DNA of 56,183 bases, counting the filler, from Circinaria calcarea (lineage: Eukaryota): assembly GCA_051942165.1 (NCBI GenBank). It is 6 parts of 6 records of this genome, joined end to end, with 100 filler letters (N's around TTAATTAATTAA, not from the genome) between each part and the next. Parts side by side here need not be neighbours in the genome. Positions count along the whole stretch, not along the records: positions 1 to 9,299 come from JAVECS010000952.1; positions 9,400 to 18,691 come from JAVECS010000953.1; 4 more parts are not named here. The stretch is one strand, 5' to 3'. This document shows positions 1-18,022 of this stretch, in pieces. The stretch's first letter is position 1; every line of letters starts with the position of its first letter. A program made the translations under genes and the position numbers. Under the pieces are notes generated by a model. The model did no database searches. It saw nothing but the letters and a program-made list of their open reading frames with translations, and was not told where the DNA came from.

Positions 1-4326
<4,326 letters not shown>

Positions 4327-5712
4327 CGCGACGACCGCCTGGCTGGCGTCGCCGTGGCAGGGCTTGTCTTATGATCAGATGAGTGACCAGGTGGTACCGT
4401 GGCACCGGATAGGTCACTGAAGTAAGGGATTTGCCATACACGCTGGTCAATCTCGAGATGTGAATTGTGACGGCGATTATGATTTTGGGCGGCGCAGTTA
4501 TCAGGTGAAGCGAGTGCCTCGGCGTTGGAAATACCACTGGGCTGTGGCGAATCCTTCACTTGCGGCTCTTGACAGTCCAACAAGCTGAGGCTCCGTGATG
4601 TTGCTGTAGAGAGTCGAACCTCGTATGCTGCGGTCGTTGTGATAAGGTACCGGGTCTCCTGTGGTCGAGGCAGTGTCCTTGCTCCACTTATCCGCTAGCG
4701 CATAAATCCCATGTCATTTTTCCGCCGTAAATTACGCGACCTCCCATCTAGAAAATTACACGATGGTGTGCGAATCAGGTAAAAAGTCCGCACGTTGCCC
4801 TATCTATCATCTTCTACTACGGTGTCTTCTACGATGACTAGCAAAGCATAAACATTACTGGGTCTCACACGGCGTTTTGTGCCATGCTTAGTAGATACTT
4901 GTTTGTTAACAATAGGACCTTTACTGGTGTTCTGGAGCTTATCTGTTGTGGGAGGGTGTGAAATGCCTTCTCCACCGCCGTTTGCAATTCTGCTTTTACC
5001 TGATCTCACAACGGTAGGATATACTTGGAGATTGGCAGGTGCAGCTGCTATAAGAGCAGTTAATGACCCTCCACCTCCTTATGCGGTTGGAGATCCAGCC
5101 CATGGGTACCACCGAAGACATGAGATGACGCGTAGGCGGCTGTCAGCGCGCTTCATTCGCACATTGATAAAATGCATGGGAGTCAATCCGTGAATGCCTC
5201 CAGAGGGCATGGCCAAGCGGTTCGTAAGATCGAATAGTACCACAAAACAAGGTTCCCCCACACTTTCGGGGGGGTCAACCCTCGCTCCCGCCCTGCATCT
5301 TCCAAGATTTGGACCTGGCTCGATCAAGACGGCGACATCCGGCAATGTCAGCTTAATCCCAACAACCTTAATTAGAGAACCCTGCATTTGCCTCAAGGCA
5401 GCGCACATAAAGATGAAAGCGAAGAACTATTGGGGAAACAGTTACAGAATCCCAGTAGCTATTCTTTCTGATTACAGCGTCGCGCCATTCGCTATGCAGT
5501 TGAAGGCGTACTTTCATCTTTTCCTAGCCTAGACAGCCATGATGAAACCTACATACCATGCAGCAACCGCTTCCGCTAAATGGCCGACATGATGTGAACC
5601 GCAGACAATATGCATCGAAGAAAAGAGCCCGACATCAGCCAAGCGAGCTTAGCAGATAAGCAGTGGTGAGCAGCAATTGGATATAAGATTCAATGCCGCC
5701 TTACCGTTGTCT

Positions 5713-7397
5713 TCATGATGATGATGGTTCACCGCGGCCTCGTTGACCTCTCGGACCGCCGCGACCGCCGCGTCCACGATACCCACCATCTCCTCCTCTA
5801 TCGCCTCTATGCCCGCCTCGTCCACGGTATCCTCCTTCACCACCACGGTCGCCTCTGTAGCCGCCTCTGCCACGGCTGCCATGACGACCCTCACCCTGGA
5901 AGCCACCACGACCACGCCCACGATTATGATGAACCTCATGGAATCCGTCGTTGGCGTTAGTAGCCGGCGGATCGGCCGATGTCGGAGTTGCTGCTGGCTC
6001 GGTTGGGACATCCTCAGCCCAGCTCTGAGTACTTGTCAGAGCGGCCGGTGTGGCACTAACGCCGGTGTCCGTTTCAGCAGGGTCACGAGGTACCTCCACG
6101 TAACTTTCCGGTCCAGAAGCCGATGATGCAGATATTGTAGGTTCCCAATTAGCCTCGCCTGCTGCATTGGCTGCCCCGGCGTCAATGCTGGATGCCTCAG
6201 GCACTGTCGGAGTCTCAACGTGGCTGCTGATACCGTTTGTCTCAGGTTCACCCTCGGCGTCAATTTCTGTCAAACCAGCGTGGACGACGGTAGGGTCACT
6301 AGCAACAGGCTGGATAGCTTCTTGGGTGGTAGGAGGAATGGGGTCAGGCTCAGATTGAGCAACCTCATCTATCCAAGCTTCTTCAGCAGCATAGACTGAT
6401 GGAGCATACTCGGCAGACAAGTCTCGAATCTGTTTATCTGCACCTCAGCCATTAGCTTCGTCTCAATTGCAAACGAATTCAATGTGCTGCTGGCTCACAA
6501 GTGATATCCAAAGCATCGCCGTGCACAGTTGGAACTTTCTCATCACTTCCTTCGATAAGCTTCTCCATCGCGATAACCGCATTCGCGTCTCCTCCGTAAA
6601 CCAAGAGCAAAGCCCCTTCAAAAGCCTTATTCTCCTCCTCGTTCGTGGCATCCACATCTTGTCGCTTCGCCGCGGCAGCCCTCAAGAATTTGCTGAGAAC
6701 CAGGAGACTGTCCTTGGCCTCTTTCTTCCCTTCGGCTTTGGCTTCTGTGACGGCTGCATCCTTGACCTTTTCCAGTTCCGAGCGGTGCGAACTCTCGAGT
6801 GCAGCTTTCTCTGCAGAAAGGCGCTTTTGATAGTCCTCATCGAACTGCTTGTACTGTGCAATCTGCTCCTCGAGTTGAGCAAGAGAAGCTTGCAGCGAAG
6901 GTTTCTTTTGTGCTTGAATCTTCTGGTCCTGATTGATCTTACGAGCCGCTAAGAGCTCGTCGAGCGTCTTGTCAGGATTCTCCGCGATGATCGAGTCTAC
7001 TTTCTGGGTGGCGTTCTGTTCGAAAACTTAGTCTGGGCGTGAGGGAGGATACGTGAACATCTTGGAGCTCGTCTAGATATCGATGTGACTCACTAGCTTC
7101 TTTTTGACATTGCGAATATTCCTAGGTTGGTGATATAAGTTAGCATCGTATATACCTATTCAACAAGGTGTTGCTATGCTCGTACTTGTAAAGCTCTTTG
7201 ATGTACGGGCTTTCGTAGGCCCCTTCTACGCCATTGGCGGTGGAGTCAGCTCCTGGTTGTGTAGCGCCAGCATCGACGCTTGGACTTCTGGAATTGCCCT
7301 CTGCGGCGGGTTTTGAAGCCTGGGCTTTGGCTTTCTTCTTCCGCGAGCTCTTCGACTCAGTGGGCGCGGCAGGATTGGAAACGGCAGCAGCGGACAT
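5713..7397 (-). CDS. Caprin-like (YAG7-type) RNA-binding protein with coiled-coil N-half and C-terminal RGG box; 4 exons
   Basis: Spliced product MSAAAVSNP...YIKELYK|NIRNVKKKL|NATQKVDSIIAENPDKTLDELLAARKINQDQK...FLRAAAAKRQ...FEGALLLVYGGD, ending in an RGRGRGGFQGEGR RGG tail. Includes a micro-exon of about 28 nt near 7094-7121. Confidence 0.75.
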
Positions 7398-8058
7398 TAT
7401 GCTTGACTTTTTAGGTGACGGTGTAGTCAAATGATCATCCCAGAATATGCAGTAATCTAAACTACGATTTTGTGTCGTCTAGTCGGAGAGAAAGAGAATT
7501 GACAGATGTAGCTGTATGTTGTGGCGGCGCTCTTGAACTTTTTGTCTGATTTCGATACGCGCTTCATCGCCAGTGTGAAAAATAAGCCGCTTCCGTGGGC
7601 CCGTGCTCCCTGCTGAGGCTAACAGCAAACGGCCATTTCCAGACTAGAGCAAGAATTGCTATGCCACTCCAGCTCTACAGGGCGTGTTTTGATGTTGGAG
7701 AGCTGTCATCCTTTCATTTTTGATATCCCCCATGCCATGAATATAAACCTACCAACTGCTGTCAATAGGTTGGAAATTGCTATGGTGGCTATGGGCAGAA
7801 GTCGTCTGGCATCCACAAGGCTCACTTCAACGCCCATTTCATCTACAGCCTGGCTTTAGCGGTTACTAGCAAGTTAAAGTAGAAGGGTTGGCCTTCAATT
7901 TCTTGAAACTTTCAACCTTGTCAGTATTCGTTGCAGTGGTCTGAACTAGACTAAAGTTTTCTTTGCGGACCGTTGAGCTGCAATGTCCTCTACAGCTGGC
8001 AGTTTCATATTGTGAGGATCAAGCTCCTTGTATAATAATTTACCTATCATTATTTGTC

Positions 8059-9299
8059 ATGATGCTGGAACAAGAATTTGTTGATGATCTACAAGCACAA
8101 CTGGAGGGATACCAGCAAACGGACCAGGCTAGGCATGAAATTATACAGGTAAGGTTGGAGAGGCGGACTCCGCTGAAATGCACGCTAAGTCTTTCAAGGA
8201 CCTCCTCCACAGCTATCAGACTTTGAAGGCTGAATACCTGCAGAAGTCAAGCGATCTCGATGATCAAGTCAACAGTCGTCGTGAGTGGCAGAGAAAATTC
8301 GAAGCCGAGGGGCGTGCTCACCAGCTTACTCTTCAATCAACTGTAAATAGAGATACTCCCCCGAGTTGTGTGATCGTTTGTTAACTTGAAGCGATGCTAT
8401 AGGATGCCCACCCTTTCGTACTTGTCCTAATCGATGGGGATCATTATGTTATTAGTCTCACTAACCTCGTGTAACGCCTTTCTGCACCGATCTATCTGAC
8501 AACCTGCTTCTAGTTCCAGGAGCACCTATTGCGAGCTGGCCGCAGCGGGGGTGTCGATGCCGCCGATCTTATAGCCAAGTCAATTAAGAAACACATTCAA
8601 CTATTAGATACGAGCGCAGGCCAGTGGAGCACGGTGGTCCGAGTTTACGCAAATTTTTCGGGATTAGCGGATTATTTATCTCGGAGCGGTTTCATCGAGT
8701 CTGCCGCCAATTTCTTTGCATTCGCTAGAGGTTTCACCCAGCATCAGCCGTTGTTTGATTTCGTTGACGTCGGGAGTGGAAAGGAGCGTGCAGACCACAA
8801 GATCAAAGGTAGCGGGGTTTCGTTTCCATCATGACAGTGACTCTGATAATTATACTGACTATCTGTTTACAATGATATAGAGACATTTCGGTTATTCGTT
8901 GATAATCGGCATTGCAGACACATCATTTTTGGAGGGTGCCATGACAATGGGTATGTTCCATTTCTAGACCCGTATAGTAAGCGTGCTTTGCAAATCACCC
9001 TTCTCGAGACTGCCGCACCTGCTCGAGAGTTCAAGTCTCTACAATTCAAGACTTTAAGGTTTCCTTTGGTCTTCAGTCCCAGAGTTGCACCGGCGAAGCA
9101 TCAAACGGCGGCTACCCCGCTAAATATCAACACAAAGCCGCAGCATATCTGAAGCAGCGTGAAATGCAGGAGACGGTCTGTTATGATCATCACCTAACAA
9201 AGAAATGTAAGGGTCCATGTACATTTAGCCACGAGCCGATTGCACCAGAGCAGGTACTGGTATTGAGGCACTGGAAGAGGAAGATCGCATGCGATCAAA
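8059..9299 (+). CDS. Fungal NYN/PIN-like domain plus CCCH zinc-finger protein; partial and possibly disrupted
   Basis: Motifs PFVLVLIDGD, VVRVYANFSGL, LFDFVDVGSGKERADHKIK, HIIFGGCHDNGY, then CCCH finger CYDHHLTKKCKGPCTFSH. The finger is in a different frame from the upstream domain (see findings). Confidence 0.65.
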
Positions 9300-9399
9300 N
9301 NNNNNNNNNNNNNNNNNNNNNNNNNNNNNNNNNNNNNNNNNNNTTAATTAATTAANNNNNNNNNNNNNNNNNNNNNNNNNNNNNNNNNNNNNNNNNNNN
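9300..9399. other. Artificial contig-joining linker
   Basis: N44-TTAATTAATTAA-N44; stops in all six frames. Confidence 0.99.
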
Positions 9400-10478
9400 G
9401 AACCACCGGGTCCATCTGGGTTATAACATGGAGCTGGTTTGTTCCAAAGCCACTTCGTAGCCGCGCTTCGGAGAGGTAGTGCCCAGAGATCTAAAAGGCA
9501 CACTGTCGAGGATGGAGTGATCTGCCGAACGATAGCCGAATCCTCGGCAGGTTTGTAAAGCGATCGATTCGAAGGTGGAACAGGTGACGAGCGGTAGAAG
9601 ACGGACTTGACAAATTGAAGGACCGTTGCTGCACCAAAGGAATGTCCAGCCCACGAGATTTTGCCTGGCGTATGGACATCGAGGCCGCTCGCGAACATGG
9701 AGAAATTTCCCTTGTGGTCCTTTGACAGTACGTTTGAGACCTCTTCGCCATTGCCAATTTTCAGCAGCGCTTCATGTAGTAGCCCTAATTCCCATAGCCG
9801 AATCCGTAACTGTTCATCGCGGGCATCCTCCACCTCTTTCGACTGAACGTGTGATATCGCCTTGTAGTCAACCGGTCTTCCCTTTGGTCCCCCGATATAA
9901 GTCCTCGGTACACTGCCATCACGATGTTCCGGTGCCAGCACGACTACTCCGTAACTCGCCAACAAGCCGGCCATGTGGCTGTATATGTTGCGAGACCCAC
10001 CCAGGCCATGCGAAAACACCATCACCGGCCATCTCTTTGCTTTGGTCGCAGGTGGTAGGACTCGCGCATCTCGAAGGGCAGGAATCGTGGTGCGGTAAAG
10101 TAGTCTAGGGAAATATCTATCATACGATTGTCAACATTCGACTTTTCCGAGTTTCGACATCTCGCTCCGGCACCCCCCGCAGAGAACTCACGCCATGAAT
10201 TCCGCCAGCCTTGATGAGGCTCCGAGGAATCGCGCATAGGCCGAGGCGATATCATGTTGAGGGTCAGGGATCCAGTAAACGGGATGCGGCTTCTTGGCCG
10301 GGACTTCGCACGGATAGAACAAACGGAAGCTAACGGTGCTAATGGTCGGGTCTGGCGCTGGCGCTGGCGAGGGAAGTTCCACCGTTGGTATTTCTACGTC
10401 TATCGTGCCGACATGATAAGGACCGGTGTATGCAGGAAAAGACGGTGTGGGATTGAGGGAAGAGAGAAACGATGTCAT
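9400..10478 (-). CDS. Platelet-activating factor acetylhydrolase-type alpha/beta hydrolase; 3' truncated by contig end
   Basis: PAYTGPYHVGTIDVEIP, FRLFYP, one intron (about 10191-10117), VMVFSHGLGGSRN, VVLAPEHRDGS and nucleophile motif GHSFG. Confidence 0.9.
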
Positions 10479-12311
10479 GCCGGCGGATGATTATAGGTTC
10501 TCGATGAGTTTCAGCGGCGAGTAAGCCTCCTGTATAACTGTAGATTTATGTACACGGCGCAAAGGGAAAAAAAACAGAAAGCGAGGACAGGAAATCAAGA
10601 AGGAAAAAGGAACGCCGTCGCCACCGATGATGAAGTATGTCCTCGGTCAATGCGGCCAGGTCAAATTCCCTCGATTCAACATTATGGATGGATGACGTGA
10701 ATCATCGACGAGCCAGCCAGCAAAGGTGATTGATTGGATCCCGGCTCTTCCAACTTCCGTCCCGGAGATACACTGTAACATGGAAATGGCCGGATCGGGG
10801 ACAGGGTCGCGTGCTTACCTACCGGGTATACCCGTCCGTATCATCAAAGACTCGGGCTGTTACTCGGGGGCGAGATCAATTGCACAGGATTACGGGGGCA
10901 TGTGGGTCAGAAAGTCTGTTGTGCACTCGATTCGAGCAGCTGACATGTAGTAATAGGTATCTTATTTCATGTACTTACTCCTGCTCCAAAAGTCCACTGA
11001 TCCATCTTCAGTCATCCGGTACGAGCTCCATAAATTTGAAATCCTGCTTCTCGACCCTCCAGCTTCCAAACTGTCGTATGATAGATAAGCCTTCATCTCT
11101 GCTGCCGGCATGATAGCTGACTGGAATAACTTGGCATCATCTCGTGTTTTGTCTTCGTGTCATCGCACCTTCTCTTCTAATCTATCTGTTGTACCTCGCC
11201 AGGTTTTGCTGAATCGCTGCAGAGCGATATCTGTGGATGGGGATCGTAGATAATAGAGATAAGTCTGTGGAGGGCAGAGATCCGGGATAGCTAATGTCGT
11301 TAGATCTAGTATGCTGGCAAAAAAGGTGAACATTTGCCGTCACAACCATCTATCTGATTGTTGTTTGCTGATAACCGTTTCGGCGAATGCCTCTTTATCA
11401 TGATCGTCCCTTGGGTTCTCTTACAATTCATTTTTCACCAAGTACTTCCACTCCCCTTCCGTTTCTAGTTCAGGAGAGAACGGATCGATACGATAGCGAG
11501 CCTCAGTTTGTGCCTTTCTCCACTTCAACATCCATTCTGTATGCTCCTCAGCGCTATTTCTTCCTTTCACCCAATAAAATGCTGTTCTTTTGTCAAGCAG
11601 CTCCCCCCAGTCTTCTCGTAAATGCTTGGCTGCACCTCTCACCTCCTCTTTTATGGCCTCCAAGTGAGTAGTACAAAGGGAGAACTCAAAGGAACTCGTG
11701 CTGACACTCGATCGAAGGCTACCAAGAACCTTCATGAATAAGAAAAGCTATGTACAAGTGAATTATCCCCAGAGGTCCAAGGAAAGCGGATTTTATACAT
11801 TATAGCAGCCCTACTGTGCTTTACACAACCCCTTTCGACCTTCCGAACAACTATATACCCCTATTCCTCCCAGCCAATGACTAATCCTGATAAACTCGGT
11901 GTAGCTCCAGCTACCCTTATGCACGCAATCTTTTCCCTCGATCCCTTGGTTTCCTCCATGTCCTCTTCCTGCCACACTCTTACCTCCATTACCTGGGTAT
12001 CAGAAGCTTCCAAACAAAGCCCGAAAAACCCTTCAAAAAGACCGCCGAGCCTACTTGAGCTCAGTCGCGAGCCGGATTACTGAAAACAAAAAATCCTTCA
12101 GCTTCGACGCTGATGTGAGAAGCAAACCTCCGACTCCCACAACACCCACCGTACGCAGTAGTAATAAGCCGAAATTACAGGAGCGTCTTCGATCAATTCA
12201 TGAACGTAGCGATGCCCAGCACTCCAACTCTTCACAGTTTTGGATGAACGTCGAGTAGCGTCTGAAAGTGGACGATCGGATACCGTCGGATAACCAAATG
12301 AAAGCAGTGGA

Positions 12312-15300
12312 TTACCGCTCATCACCTGCCCTTGCCCTCCCTCTTCTCCGGAAGAAGTCCATCACCCTCTTCGCAGCCCCTGAACTTCCCGCATGATGTC
12401 CCGGATCATGGTCCTGGTCATAGGCGTCTGCAAATTTCCTGGTGTTCTTCTGCAACACGCCGGGACCTCGCCCATTCCGACCTTGCTGCATCGATGGCCG
12501 CGGCGGTTCCTCGTAGCCATCGAATCCGGGGGGATATTGCGGTCTCTGCTGTTGAGGCCGACCAATCGAAACTTCTGAATCTGTGGGAGGTCCGGATTCA
12601 CTGATGAAATAGGATTGCCCCGGTTGAGGTGGTCTCGACGCCTGACCTACTTGCTGGTACGGAGCATTTTGTAGAGGTCCAAAGTGGGTTGGCTGCGAAG
12701 ATAAGGGTTGGGTTGCATTACGAATCTGTGGGTTCTCATATTTGGGCTGAGGAGCTGATGCTTGACGACTGCGGTCTCTTGAGCCATCATAGACTGGCAT
12801 ATTCTCTTCACTCTGGCTCGGACTAAATCTTTGACCGTAAGCTATACCCTGTTGACTAGAGGTACCACGCGCCGACTGTTGGTTCTGATGACCGATTGAT
12901 GCTTTACGCTGAGACGCAGGTCTTGAGGCATCAGATGCTTGCTCTTTTGAGCTATTGGCGGAGCTCTTGAACGAGAATGAGGCTGGGAGCAGCGAAAACC
13001 TCCGGGAGGCTTTGTCTTGTTTTTCATGCCTGCTTAGATCGCTGTTTTTCCTCCCAAAGCTGAAAGACGGACGGCGGGACTCTGTTGATTGGCGTGGGCT
13101 GTTGGAAGCAATTGGAGCTTTCATACTCGTTGGAGGATACCTTTTCTCTGGCCTGGCGGACTCTTGGGGTGATTGAGGATGTGATTTCCCGCCGAACATA
13201 GATCCAGATTTACCAAAGATGTTACCAAGTGTATTGGATCGCTTATGAGCCTTGGGTCCATCTCGCGGTGGTGGGAGTTGGCTGTACCTTGCCGGTGTCT
13301 GCTGCGTGCTTGGCCGTCGAGCTGATGCATCAGATATATATGGTTCGGGTTGAGGTATCGGCGCAGATATATTGTAGTGTCTGCCGTTCTTGGGCTGCGC
13401 CAGTTTACCTTGAGCATTGGTCGCAGCGACAGTAGGCGCCACCGGTAGGCTATAAGAGTTACCGCGTGAAGACAGCTTACCACCGCCTGTGGATGCCATG
13501 GAACCGCTTGTGTTTGGTCTGGTTGTAGATGCAGCTGGCAATTGACCGAATGCTCCAGTGGAGTCTGACGCTGAACGGGGAATATCCCTACTAGGACGGG
13601 GTGGTGGGCGCATTCCAGGTTGAGAAGTTACAGGTCGTTGATGCGTCTGATTTGAGGCTAATGGCGCCTGGTGTTGTGGAGCTTGCCCGTCACCTTGAGA
13701 GATGGAGGGCTCCTGCGGTAGGGGTTTCCTTGCGGCAATTGCCGCGCTTGCTTGGCGTTCTGAGTCTGCCTGACTTTGGCTACCGGATCTAGTTTGCGTT
13801 GAGGTCTGCGGAGCTGTGGGTGAATCTTTATGAGCGGCTGAACTCGGGGTAGGGGAGAGCTCGCCCCTTGTAGTTTGCGATTGAGGGGCAACATATTCCA
13901 CCTGGACCGTCCTTCGCTTGGAGTCACGGGGTGCTTTTACCTTGTCGGACTGCTCTGGACCGATTTTGCCTTGGTGACTTAGACCGCCGACAGGTGACAT
14001 GTTCGTGGCGTGTGGCTTACTTGGCTCTCTAACCGATGCGCTACGAGCGAGGAGAGGAGGATCTTGATGATCTTCTGTAATTGTATCAGCAACATATCCA
14101 TATCTCTTTGAATTTGGGCCACAAGTGTCTTATTTGTAGAACATACCTGCAGGGACCGTGGTATTGACAATCTCTCCAACCGTCGTAGTGCTACTCGTCA
14201 CATGAGCCACCACATGAGCATAATCGCTCAGCCAGCTATGCCTAGCGACTTCGAACAGGTCTGCACGTTCTCTCGGGTTGGGTACCAAAATTCGTCGTAG
14301 AAGATCTCGGGCATGGGGTGTAACATATTCTGGGAAGGTGAGTGGGGTTGAGACAATGTATTTATACAGAAGATTTATATTATCTCCTTCGGGATTTGCT
14401 GGGTCGTCGTCAAAGGGAAGATAGCCCGCCAGCATGGCATACTGCGACCATGATCAGTATTCCCTGACAAAACGAGGCCCACCAAATACTCACTAGAATG
14501 ACACCGCAACTCCATACGTCGACTTTCCTTCCGGTATATAGAGAATCCGTGACAACAAGCTCAGGTGCTGCATAGCATGGACTACCGCAACTAGTCTGCA
14601 TCAAGTCCCCTCTCCTTACTCCATTTCGTACGCGTTCAAGATCCATCCTTTTGACGAACTCCCGGTTTGTCAAATTGCATTCGATCTCCTCTCCAAGCTC
14701 GTCCGAGGCATCAAAGGTATTTGCAAACCCAAAGTCAGTGATTATGATGTTGCGATTTCGGTCGAGAAGTAAATTCTCCAGCTTAAGGTCGCGATGGACA
14801 ATTCCCTTCTTGTGTAGATAACCAACTCCTGACACCAGCTGGGCAAACAGTCGACGTGCAGCGTTATCCTTCAGGTAGCGATGGTTCAAAATGTAGTCGA
14901 AGAGCTCCCCACCGGATGCGTACTCCATAATGATACCAATGTGGCGATCAGTCTCTACCATCTCGTGGAGTCGAACGATATTGGGATGTGATAGACCTCT
15001 CAAGATTGTAATTTCTCGATATATCTTAGGGAGCCGGCTCGGGTTCGTATTCAAATTTTCGCGCCTGATGAGTTTGATCGCGACCTGAACACTGCCATCC
15101 TTTTTCCACCCTAGCTTGACCTTGCCAAACTCTCCTTCCCCGAGGGTCTGCCCCAGCATATACTCCCCAAACTTGGTGTCTTTCCGTCTTGCAGCACTGG
15201 AAGAATAATCCTGGCGGCTCCGACCTGCACCTCTGGCCTGGTCGTTCACTCCTTCACTTCCGACAAGACCTAGAGTAGCCCCGGAAATGTCATCTCTGCC

Positions 15301-16203
15301 AGTGCCAATAGGAACAGCTTCTGCTAGCCTTTCCTTCTCCCGAGCTAGATCTATTACTGGATCTGTCACCACTACACGATTGATGACCTCACTCTCTTCC
15401 CGGGATAAATTGGCAGGGCGGGTTGAATAAGGGACTTCGGCGGCCGATCTGCTTTGTATATTTTCAGGCAATTGCTGAGGTCTTGGTTCTCGAGTACTTG
15501 AAGATCGATCATGTGACTCAGGTGATGCAGGCCCTCTTCGCCTTGATCGAGCAGCAGCAGCAGCGGCTGCTGCTGCATCATCCCTTGAGCGATTTTGTTC
15601 ACTCTCCCTTTGGTATTGAGCTAAAACGGCTTGATGGGCTTCTTCCCGCTGCTGAGCTTCGGAGATGTTTGTTGTTCGAGGGGAGCGTCCTTGGTCATCA
15701 GCTGATCTATCTCGTGATGGGACATTGATAGTCCTATCTGTTAGAGTCGCACCAGATGCCGGATCGACACCCAAGCCTCTCTGGTTTGAGGATGTTCTTG
15801 GAGGCGGCGGGATTGGGGGGCCAGTGGACGGATCTGCGTCAGTCCGTTGTTCCCTTCGAGTCGACTGATACGGAAAAGATAACATTGTGGCGGAGGCTAG
15901 CGGGGAGGCATGCGTTGTGGGAGGGTTAGGCAACGCACGAGCGGTGCTGGCGCTGGATGGTTGAGATGTTGGTGGGGAGCGATATTGTGATGGTTGAGGA
16001 GTAGCCGGATTACTCGATTGCGGAGTGTTTCCGCTGGGACGTCTTGAGGGCCGCTGGGACGACTGTGGTGAGTTCGCTGATCTGTATGAATCTCCCGTGG
16101 GAGAATTTTGTGGGTAGTGACGTCGAGATGTGGGTGCGTCCACGGCGTATGCATCTGAAGGTATTGACGCCTGCAAATGCTGAGCCGAAGCTTGCACAGC
16201 CAT
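12312..16203 (-). CDS. KIN4: Ser/Thr protein kinase, Kin4/KfsA/Ppk1 family; 3 exons
   Basis: [68 protein letters not shown]-terminal [16 protein letters not shown]. Confidence 0.9.
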
Positions 16204-18022
16204 AATGCCCTATTCTGATTTTTTCCTGATGTTCTTCAAGAACGATGCAGAGCCCAAATAATTTCCGCTGACGTCCCTGAGCCTTTATCTCCACTCTTGA
16301 TGGTTTAGAATGACCCCTAAGCTACCATGTACCCTTTGCGTAACCTCTTTTGAGTTCTATAGTCCAGGTTCACGTTCACTAGGACTCTTCTGTGAATACC
16401 GGCTATAGGTTCCGCTGCAAGACGGTATGCTTTGTATTCACAGCAATGGGGTTTGGAATGGAAGGATGCAGGCGAAGGTTGAACTAAGTAACAGGGACAT
16501 TAGTGTTGCGAGAAGCTTGATAGGTGCTTCATAGTAGCTAGCGGTGCGCATTTCGGACAGTTGGACTCACTGACAGTAACTCTACACCATATGAAGGAGA
16601 ATTATTTGGGTGAATGAGGTGAACGGTAGCAGAAGGACGTGTGAGGAGGCTGCTCGGCCACTTTGACGCGTATCCGGTTGAATGACAATTGCAAAAGTGC
16701 ACCGAGAGGGCTGGAGGCGCAATCACAAGCCACGAGGAGTTCAATCAACGTGTGATGGTACCGCTAAGGCTGGCGCAAACGCCGACCAACTCCCATAGAT
16801 TGATTGAGTGGTTTAGTTGTGAAGGGCCTGGGGAAGACCGATGAAGGCGGCCTGGCCTGGGGAAGGGACTCAAGGGCCGGCAGGGAAGGCGGATGGGATC
16901 AGGAGGGTTGAACGCCAATTCGGTCCGCGGGTGGTCGACTGGATGGGAGGCGGTGGAGAGGGGATTGACTGGCTATTGCTTGGCTGAGGGAAGATCGAGT
17001 TCAAGTCCAGTCCGAGAGGGAGGAGTAGTTGTTATTGATTGTTCATCTCCCACACACCCTGTCCGTTCCGTTCGAAGGGCGCAGATGCGGCGTAGGGGAC
17101 TTCCCAAGGACGACCAGGGGGATGATCGTTGCCGTTGCCGAATGAAGTCGCAATTTCGTTTCGAAATCGCCGTCCGGGGGGTTCCAGCAGTAGCAGTAGC
17201 CGTAGCAGGGAAGGGGGAGTGGGAAGGGGAAAGGGAAGGCGCAGGTGTAGGCGTGGCCTGCCTGTTTGACAATTTCTGACCGGGGGGGTGCCGGTAGAAG
17301 CCCGGAGTGTATGAATATCAGCTCCGATGCCCGAAAGTGTCTAGAAAGAACTCCTTGTTTCAGCTTAACAGGCCAACAATGGAGGAGCAGAGAGATGGCA
17401 ACAACGAGGAGGTCGAACGAGAGGGTCAATCATCTCAATCACATCTTCCACCGTCACTGACTGATTCTTTTCCGGCAGTCCAGCTCGAACTCGTGGCCCC
17501 GGACCAAAATCACATGTGAATCCTCCACCCTTCAGCTTCAGATAGTCTACAAAAGAGAGCACCCATGGTCCATTTCATTCGTGTTTGATCTTGCACTTCA
17601 TGCTACCGGCGCCTGCTACGCTACAACCGTAGGGCTCCTGGACATCGTCTCAAGAATCTCCAGCCCTGATCAATCGCGACGCATTTCCTCCGATACAAAA
17701 GTAATGGCCATGTCAATGATGATTTAATTCTCAACTCCCTGCCTACAGCTTTTCTACGCCCCTTCAGCACATGCAACATCCCGCGCGCTGCCCTCATGAG
17801 GCTGTGTGACGAATCACGACGGATGGAAATTGGCCATGGCGTGCATTTTCACACGTGAGGGGATGGACCCAGGGGTGTTTGCGCCACAAGCGCCTTGAAG
17901 CCATGTCCGTGTTTCATATCCCCTTCAGATGATCCTCTACCGGAACAAGACAATACCAGCGTAAATGAAGCACATCGCAAGCTCATCCAGTCAGCTACCG
18001 GCCTGGGAAAAAGAATAACCCG

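Noticed and set aside
4800..5532. Short ORFs and intron-like motifs between the demethylase and caprin-like genes
   Set aside because: No consistent spliced frame or recognisable motif; stops in all frames.
9344..9355. Recurrent TTAATTAATTAA as a biological repeat or CRISPR-like unit
   Set aside because: Always centred in N44 pads; a synthetic joiner.
16204..17560. Overlapping short ORFs upstream of KIN4
   Set aside because: Low-complexity pyrimidine-rich leader or promoter sequence; no protein signature.
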